Shown here: one piece after another, positions 59,001 through 64,000 of the stretch | Layout of the letters: every line of letters begins with the position of its first letter | How positions within the stretch are numbered: position 1 is the stretch's first letter | IMG/VR virus record: IMGVR_UViG_3300025669_000021 | Location: 1 to 64,000 of that record | Reading direction: 5' to 3' (one strand) | Source: a virus | Length of the DNA: 64,000 nucleotides | The notes under the pieces: generated by a model | Told to the model about the DNA's origin: nothing | The model's input: only the letters and a program-made list of their open reading frames with translations | Database searches by the model: none | Made by a program: the position numbers and the translations under genes

Positions 59001-62000
59001 GCTCAAGCTTCCTTTAGAGTCTGAGAATCGTCCATTTGCCGTGATCAATCAGAAGATGAAGTCATTGAACGCTCTCACGACTGCCGGCGCCGATGCCGAC
59101 CTAGACGTTAAAGCCGTAGACATATTGAACAAATACGGCAATCAAGCAGCTAGTGAGATGCTGTTTGAGGATGATGAGCTAACCGACAAGCTTAGAATGA
59201 GCTCTGACGTCAACATGAACGAGGAGGGAGGATTACTTGCCGCCAACCAACGCCTAGTATTGAAGTTCACCGGCCGATTGGCCCTCCTGACCAATAAAGA
59301 GCAAGCCGAGGTATGGGAAGATCTGCTGGTCAAGTACAACGAGATCGTGGCCCTAGAGAAGTCCACTGGTCAGTATGACCTGGAAGTAGCCGTCCATGAT
59401 GACTGGGATGCCGAACTGGTAGATGAGGCTGTATTGGAAGAGGGCGAGGATTCGTCATCGATCTTTACATCTGACGTTGTGCTCTCCCAGTACGACATCA
59501 AAGATACCCGCAAGCCACCATCTCTTGAAGAGGTACAGTCTGCGTACAATGAGAGCTTTGGTCCTGATTCTCGGCCACACGTAGTAAAGAAGGGACTGAT
59601 TGATTCTCTCAACGAGGCCAGCGCAAAGGCCATAGGCGAAGAACCAGCGTTTGAGGCAGAGAAGAAAGCAGTTGCGGAGCCCGTAGTTGAAACAGAAGAA
59701 GGTGAAGATGCTCCTGCCGAGAAGAAAGAGCCCAAAGGCCCAGTAGAATCTGCCGAACACAAGAACTACGTTAAGAAGAAGGAATTGGCAGATCAAGTGC
59801 GGGAGAACATGAATGATCTCCTTAGCTTCACCTTCAAGCATATTGGTAAAGGAGTCCTGATAGAGGTAGGGGATGAATCATACGAAGGCGTTATTACGAG
59901 CATCACCCATAAGCCTACCAAGAAGGGTATTCCTGGCCGAGCGAGTAAGTACAGAATAGAAGTGATGATCAACAGTCCTCTCCGAAAGCTGGTGCTTCCT
60001 CTTAGCAAGATCCAGAATGGAGACGTCACCCTGTCGGATATCCCGGGCAATCAAAGCCTTTCGGATACATTCTCAGAAGATCATAGGACTGCAGAGAACC
60101 GTGTCAGACGCTATGTGATGACTGGCAACGTGATGAGGGCTATCCCACTTACCGAGGGAAAGGGAAGTATAGTCACCTTCCGTAACGATAAAGAGCAGGA
60201 CATCCTGGGATTGCTTATGCCCCAATCATGGAGCCCATCTCAGCTAGGCCGTGATCCTCGCAATGAACTGAATAGCGGCGAGGCAGTGCGTATATGGATG
60301 GAGAAATATGCTCATACCAGTGACAATGTGTCTACTGGCGGCGATCTTGTCATCCAAAAGCAATATGATGACCGATACACCGTAAATGTTCCTGCCAGCA
60401 AGAACGGTCAGAAGTATTACTTGGATCAGGGCCTATTGGAGATTACCGGAGAATTCAATAAGTCATCTAAGCGGCAACTGGTAAGAGTCGACAAAGAAAC
60501 CATGGAGAAGGTTGCGAACTATGTCATTAACGAGATGAAGGAGAACTTTGTCCCTAACCGTCTCGATCCTAAACAGATCGATGACGCTAATGGCCGCGCT
60601 CCTGCCGATGGTGGTGTTGCAGCGACTTCTGGTCAGACCGAGCAGGGGGCTTCGAAGAAAAAGAAGAAGAAGGAATCCCAAACTCCGCGGATAGACCCGG
60701 ACCCAATAAAGGGCCAAAAGCCGAAGAATGTTAGACAGGCGGTTTTGGATCTCACCAACGCTCTTGGTAAAAAGATATATAACTCCAAAGTGCCCAAGAA
60801 GTTTGCAGGGGTTTACTATACTGATACGGGAAATATATCTATCAAGGCCACGGACCATCTGGATACGATCGCCCATGAGATCGCGCACAGCCTGGATGAC
60901 CGGTACGGCATTGTTGCTGAATGGGCTGGTAATTATGATAAGTCTCCTTTTGATGAAGAACTAAGGCACCTATGGGTCTATGGCTCAGTTACGAAGACAG
61001 GAGCCCGGGCTAAGTTGATTTACAAACGTGCCGAGGGTGTTGCCGAATGGGTCCGTGCCTATATAATGAATCCAGAGGAGGCAAAAGCTCTTGCCCCGAA
61101 GTTCCATGACTTCATCAAGGAAAAGGTTCCCAAGGAAGCATGGGACGCCATAGAGCAATTCTCCGTTGACGTCAGAGTTCTTGCTGGAGCAACAGGTGAG
61201 GAGAAGGTTCTTGCCAGGATTACCACTCCAGAAGATAAGGAAGGTTTCCTTTCCAGGCTAAGAAACGGAAAACGTGGCCCACTAGACATGACCTTGTGGG
61301 ATAAGTTCAGTCAGACCTTTATCGACAGTAGAACTATGTCTAATAAGGCTTTTGCTCTGGCTTCTGATATCCAGGGTGGCGTTCTTCCGGACGATGACCC
61401 CAGGCTTATGGCTAATATATACCTTGGGATCATTTCAAAGATTGAAGATGTCTTCGACACTGGAATGATAAACCATGAGGGAGTAAAGCTGCGCTCTTCT
61501 GACGGCCAGCTAATGAATCTTAAATGGCTCTACTCTGCTCTTGATAATACGTCCGAAGAGACTATTGCGGCCGAGGCTAAAGCTACTACAGCATTTATGA
61601 TTGCCCAGCGTACTATTGAAAAGTCGGCAATATTGGGTAAGCGCGTCATATCGGGAATAGGATCAGGGATAGGATCTGATGTAGATGTTGCAAGGCAGAC
61701 TATAGAGGAATTAGAGGAAGATCCAAAGAAGGCAAAGAGAGTAAAGGAAGCTGCCCGTAGATACCGTGAATTCGCTGACTCCATTCTCCGCTACATGGTA
61801 GACAAGGGACGAATGAGCGAAAAGGATTACGACAAGATCAAGGAACAGAACGAATACTATGTTGCCATGCACAGAGTAATGGAAATCAGTACGGTAGATC
61901 CGGTCGTGTTCTTCAAGCCGGCCAGAGGTGGTGGGGATCGTATTGGAAATATAATCATGCCGGGGAGTCTCAAGAAATTCAAAGGGTCCGATAAGATGCT

Positions 62001-63702
62001 AGAGGATCCTTACCCCGCACTGATGGATACATTGGTAAAGGGAATGAGAGAGGCTGATCGTAATGAGATTATGTTGTTCTTCCGAAATCTCCTAGTTTCT
62101 GACAGAAACGGTCTTTATTCTCCAGGGCTAGATAAGGCAGAGCGGTTATCTGATATAGGTCACAAAGTATCACTGCAAGATACTGGGAACACTATTGATA
62201 TATGGGTTGACGGCAAGAAAGAGAGATGGCAGTTCCCGAATGAAGACGTATATAAGTCGTTAAAGGGACTATGCGAGGCTCCTACTCCGTACAAGGCTTG
62301 GGCAACGATATCAGGAAAGATGCTCCGTGCTGGTATCATTAATATGCCACAGTTTGCTATCCGTAATGTGATACGTGACTTCCAGCATAGACTCCAAGTT
62401 TCGGATGCCGACCTGATGACATCGCTAAAGAACACATTCAAGCTATACGGGCCGCAGGATGTATCAGACCTGATGACGTTTGGCGGTGACATGGCTGGTC
62501 CTTATCTTCGTAGCAAGGCTGACTATATCCGGTCCATTGAGGCCGCAATGCGTGAAGTTGCCGCAGATCCTAATGCGATCCTGGTCAATCCGGTTGAACT
62601 AGCCAAATTCGCAGCCGGTAAGTACAAGAAACTTATGGAGTCTTCCGAGCGGATAGGTCGTATTGCAGAGTTCAAGTCTTCCTATGCCTACGCTAGGGAA
62701 AAGCTGGGATACACCAAATATCAAGCTCAGTTGTACGCCGGGGATAAGGCCAGGGGATTGATCGACTTTGCCGTTATGGGTACATGGATTAGGGAAATCA
62801 ACTCTCTAATTCCTTTTACTGGGGCAGCAGTCCGAGGGCTAGTAGTGACCGCGGAAGCATTTAAGAAGAACAAGAAGCGATTCACGATGATCTGGGCCCT
62901 GACGTCTCTATTGCCGTCTATCCTGGCGCGGCTAATGGCATCGGCTACTGGTGATGATGAGGAGTACCAGCAGTTGCCTCCGTATCTAAGGGATATGTTC
63001 TTCAACTTCAAGGTTGGGCCTAATACATGGCTCCGGATACCGAAGAACTTTGAAATGGGAGTCCTTGGCGCTATTGGTGATCGCATGGTTGATCAAATGA
63101 TGGGAAATAAGAACGCCTGGGAAGGATATATGGGATCAGTGGCAAAAGGATTTTTGCCAGTCGACGAGACAGCCGTAGCCGGGGCTGGATTATTGAAGGG
63201 GATAGCAGAGGTTAGATCTAACTATGATTGGTTCCGGGATAAGAACATCATTCCTACCGATGAAAAAGACAGTTTACTTGAATTTCGTCACACAGAACGG
63301 GGATCTCGGCTTGGTCAGGCGCTCCAGAAGATCATAGGAGTGGATTCTCGGAACGTCGACCACTTAATGAGGGCTACATTCGGGATTGCCGGTAGTACGG
63401 CTGTAAGACTATCTAACGCGGGTAGGAAGGATAAGCAGGGCCCCGGGCTAAAGGAGTTGGGCGTGTTCACATCCTCACCAGCATACGAGGCCATGGATGT
63501 CCAATGGGTGCAGACCCAAGCTAAAGAGCTTGGAGTATTCCATAGAAGGGACTACAAAGGGCTCCAGGACACGATATCGCAATACTTTGAAGCTCGTAGT
63601 GGCGCCCGAAGAGATTTGTTGGCAAAAAGAGTCAGACGTGAAGCGCGTAGGATTCGTAGAAATTGGGAGAGAGTCCCACCAAGAGTAAGTAAGAGGAGAT
63701 AG
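53008..63702 (+). CDS. DarB-like giant polyvalent virion protein (MTase + Strawberry-notch SF2 helicase + zincin + LPD38-like)
   Basis: AYSTPLP, YEPTAGMG, VIMNPPFG; IVADETGIGKGRQ, IMDESH, YLSATYAK, SGSTGISLHA, QILGRIKRSG; IAHEIAH; C-terminal LRIPKNFEMG. Confidence 0.88.
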   Translation: MANGLLDPDQELAFIKSLDDETAPVDGAGAFRPPEVDDPPEEETLDGKKELFWLENLDQEIRQESVKELKAKGQTAILGKSKARMPFGEKLRRSFSGEPFGADVTPVEGAIAYLSPVARTNKRLELNEIREKLSRTAGAESVEDELALYSKNFEGWSDGDLFQYVHGSTEIPPDRVIDREQTIRTSLERDKQMLERLTAFDQELEERDGPLSENAPTVMKLNNLLEDGVFGAIDMIPYMIKMAAGPVGVFVEAMTQFDERLHGEGKINEDGRYEITKEQAGVFEAAWKSILSAGAEYYIEKKVGSQLKLLGGKKGAQRFLSAGMQESIEKLSKKMVGKSFGKTGTKLSELTGAKILQGFNPANLFEEIIVEEGLQAVWDAAWNLDNMVDPENPDRKLDFAERQALALSSFAKSIPEMAISFSLFGIGGQGANKLSSIRTRSAQKKYLTELGLEPERQKQIMDEKDPKNRGEMLLQEILSRHLRAEAFGVPFPFAQDKESLNNRLEDAEKLFKFGTEKAPPSVMDQLSVRAKLATIKAGLPAEGKEGEQPADQPSKTPIEPPAPKDETPIPPEDQPPIEEDDETPETGPKGQDLVDTFTDENGIIFERFEGPDGTSTMIQRDPENKDPIQVIKGDKDVILKRYTEQIDKIKKIEEKPPVDTKAVKAKYLDDYVSYLMDDSQDKPPAEPDISEMSLNNLRRQAKEIALDRKRKDEKPPEDKKPPKEKKTATDEIEDIDIDDLDDLLDEADEGEAPAETPTPPPPRDDRPPVDDNRPPVDRPPAEAGEVSNDNVDKLKDLFPGLGAPTQLGSPAGAEKEPAFSKEKYAAATPVFVSSIKDMSAGGKTLKDFLSWAIKSFGSDIKPYLKQFVVDVKAGKINLKEEDKADTPPPPPPGPQDNTTRIRALILSDASMQQKSADMKKMARELDISDKAVQEMVEAELVRMARKIIVANDTKPGNTDAQTMKDLIALYEKQPIFSARSSGSVSRQAYSTPLPLAFAIERMIDAKNGSKVYEPTAGMGALVIDVDPKKVDVNEIDSVRVQELKKNGYNQVTSNDASLQPPADRLKSYDKVIMNPPFGTRKDGAMRWNGFRITQLDHEIALRTLDQMTDNGQAAIILGASLHQSDELTRKDRALLNAIMNNFNVVDNFEVSGDLYRKQGASFPTRVLIISGRKPATEEQLAPKKVDRLNTWREIEDRIEGNKNESKRIRDIVESERRSKTTDGPGEGGEPPQGPRRIPESTGEPPIPTDTGVDRGGDTGGSEDAGGSSDERTDGTRHSKRKKPPLPETISESEHRKRRESDSGVEKGRRGGTTARDKHDFVRRGEPRDHRVDPLKVPGENDIVNIDEFTSTYVPFSRAPGLDTVSPRYMALPMFRAMKELTDQVGDLDYYLVDKLGYDNVQHLWDGDNERSTAGLAAEQIDSIAQTIYQIEANKAGMIVADETGIGKGRQAAALMRYAIREGKMPVFFTATPKLFSDMYGDLQDIDTTLSPLLVGSQGKAEVKDVDDKVIVAYEAKQKQIMKRYLDGDEDALKEFDSIFATYSQINAADNIQQRFFQALSERDDVFFIMDESHKGAGQTSTTGVYLRGGETEKKDPQTKETIKTEYPGALRSDGVSGVTYLSATYAKNPQAMGLYFWTDISKAANTPEDLEFIFENGGVPIQQVSSAALAETGQLVRREKSFDGVKFEQEDIKMDERERAELIADVDEVTSILGDIVDYSNRAIDVMGTLPDYLVKKRNSVQTQLQTTTFASVVHNKIAQLMYSMKLKYAVEEAIATHKRGEKPVLAVVNTMESFLEDYVRKNHLSEGDTVDVNFADTLKTALDRTMRASVEGPTGDNEHIEFTPEQLGMRSEYDELMADIDALELDLPASPIDWLRHELEKADISTGELTGRSLMLEYQDDGTAILRSRTPKERADKNGPTNAFNRGDIDAIILNKSGSTGISLHAAEKFDDHKKRRMIVVDAHPDINEFKQILGRIKRSGMIEPDENGVAAASYIMLKLPLESENRPFAVINQKMKSLNALTTAGADADLDVKAVDILNKYGNQAASEMLFEDDELTDKLRMSSDVNMNEEGGLLAANQRLVLKFTGRLALLTNKEQAEVWEDLLVKYNEIVALEKSTGQYDLEVAVHDDWDAELVDEAVLEEGEDSSSIFTSDVVLSQYDIKDTRKPPSLEEVQSAYNESFGPDSRPHVVKKGLIDSLNEASAKAIGEEPAFEAEKKAVAEPVVETEEGEDAPAEKKEPKGPVESAEHKNYVKKKELADQVRENMNDLLSFTFKHIGKGVLIEVGDESYEGVITSITHKPTKKGIPGRASKYRIEVMINSPLRKLVLPLSKIQNGDVTLSDIPGNQSLSDTFSEDHRTAENRVRRYVMTGNVMRAIPLTEGKGSIVTFRNDKEQDILGLLMPQSWSPSQLGRDPRNELNSGEAVRIWMEKYAHTSDNVSTGGDLVIQKQYDDRYTVNVPASKNGQKYYLDQGLLEITGEFNKSSKRQLVRVDKETMEKVANYVINEMKENFVPNRLDPKQIDDANGRAPADGGVAATSGQTEQGASKKKKKKESQTPRIDPDPIKGQKPKNVRQAVLDLTNALGKKIYNSKVPKKFAGVYYTDTGNISIKATDHLDTIAHEIAHSLDDRYGIVAEWAGNYDKSPFDEELRHLWVYGSVTKTGARAKLIYKRAEGVAEWVRAYIMNPEEAKALAPKFHDFIKEKVPKEAWDAIEQFSVDVRVLAGATGEEKVLARITTPEDKEGFLSRLRNGKRGPLDMTLWDKFSQTFIDSRTMSNKAFALASDIQGGVLPDDDPRLMANIYLGIISKIEDVFDTGMINHEGVKLRSSDGQLMNLKWLYSALDNTSEETIAAEAKATTAFMIAQRTIEKSAILGKRVISGIGSGIGSDVDVARQTIEELEEDPKKAKRVKEAARRYREFADSILRYMVDKGRMSEKDYDKIKEQNEYYVAMHRVMEISTVDPVVFFKPARGGGDRIGNIIMPGSLKKFKGSDKMLEDPYPALMDTLVKGMREADRNEIMLFFRNLLVSDRNGLYSPGLDKAERLSDIGHKVSLQDTGNTIDIWVDGKKERWQFPNEDVYKSLKGLCEAPTPYKAWATISGKMLRAGIINMPQFAIRNVIRDFQHRLQVSDADLMTSLKNTFKLYGPQDVSDLMTFGGDMAGPYLRSKADYIRSIEAAMREVAADPNAILVNPVELAKFAAGKYKKLMESSERIGRIAEFKSSYAYAREKLGYTKYQAQLYAGDKARGLIDFAVMGTWIREINSLIPFTGAAVRGLVVTAEAFKKNKKRFTMIWALTSLLPSILARLMASATGDDEEYQQLPPYLRDMFFNFKVGPNTWLRIPKNFEMGVLGAIGDRMVDQMMGNKNAWEGYMGSVAKGFLPVDETAVAGAGLLKGIAEVRSNYDWFRDKNIIPTDEKDSLLEFRHTERGSRLGQALQKIIGVDSRNVDHLMRATFGIAGSTAVRLSNAGRKDKQGPGLKELGVFTSSPAYEAMDVQWVQTQAKELGVFHRRDYKGLQDTISQYFEARSGARRDLLAKRVRREARRIRRNWERVPPRVSKRR

Positions 63703-63707
63703 GCAGC

Positions 63708-64000
63708 ATGAAGAAGTTCAAAATAGCATCGTGTATAGCGGGTAGCGTTCTTTTGGTCAGTATTGCAATGGCTGGCGGGTTCAAGGGTCTGATAAGTGGG
63801 TCATTCACTGGCACGACCAACAGATTCACGTACAAAAGCAGCAGTCCTGCAGGGATCTCTGCTGTCAGGTTGTACCCGAATGTACCAGCAGCTACATCAA
63901 TCAGCTTCTCTAACACCGGGGAACTGTCGACAACCCTTAACTCTGTCACAAATGCGCCTGGGGCAACCTACACCGATGGATCTTGTCCGTATCAGCTAAA
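63708..64000 (+). CDS. Partial protein with signal peptide (runs off window)
   Basis: MKKFKIASCIAGSVLLVSIAMAGG...; open to window end. Confidence 0.6.
   Translation, partial: MKKFKIASCIAGSVLLVSIAMAGGFKGLISGSFTGTTNRFTYKSSSPAGISAVRLYPNVPAATSISFSNTGELSTTLNSVTNAPGATYTDGSCPYQL

Noticed and set aside
1163-63949. Numerous antisense or nested ORFs in the ORF track
   Set aside because: Shadows of well-supported genes with no motifs or RBS
1-64000. Stop-codon reassignment, DGR or retron
   Set aside because: Core genes are intact in code 11 and use all three stops; no reverse transcriptase motif was seen

Overview
The whole window is tailed-phage DNA and appears to join two genome halves. The left half (1 to ~16.3 kb, all + strand, CTAG-poor, mostly TGA stops) carries a lambda Nu1/GpA-type terminase pair with no adjacent portal gene. 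It also has ParB-like and GREB1/TAGT-like glycosyltransferase genes, a strong promoter with a ~250-nt structured leader, and a MoxR AAA / DUF3150 / DUF2201-vWA module in which each gene is followed by a paralogous small Cys-rich gene. A probable SSAP, a Cas4-like nuclease and a replication initiator complete this half. From ~16.3 to 21.7 kb lies an array of unrelated genes separated by ten copies of a ~35-nt repeat (GATTCACC-N7-CCGACA-N-GG(A/G)GGT(G/A)AAT). Each copy supplies the next gene's RBS and usually the previous gene's C-terminal tail, and the array ends in an O-antigen-ligase/OTase-like gene. The right half (21.7-64 kb, CTAG-rich, TAA/TAG stops in the virion module) has minus-strand early genes including a CsrA-like gene, a second unrelated terminase pair, a Tad1-like sponge and a complete podovirus morphogenesis module. 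Several virion-region proteins have signal peptides, and there is a 3564-aa DarB-like polyvalent protein. Family assignments are from recognised motifs only; no searches were run. No tRNA, rRNA, CRISPR array, integrase or reverse transcriptase was seen.
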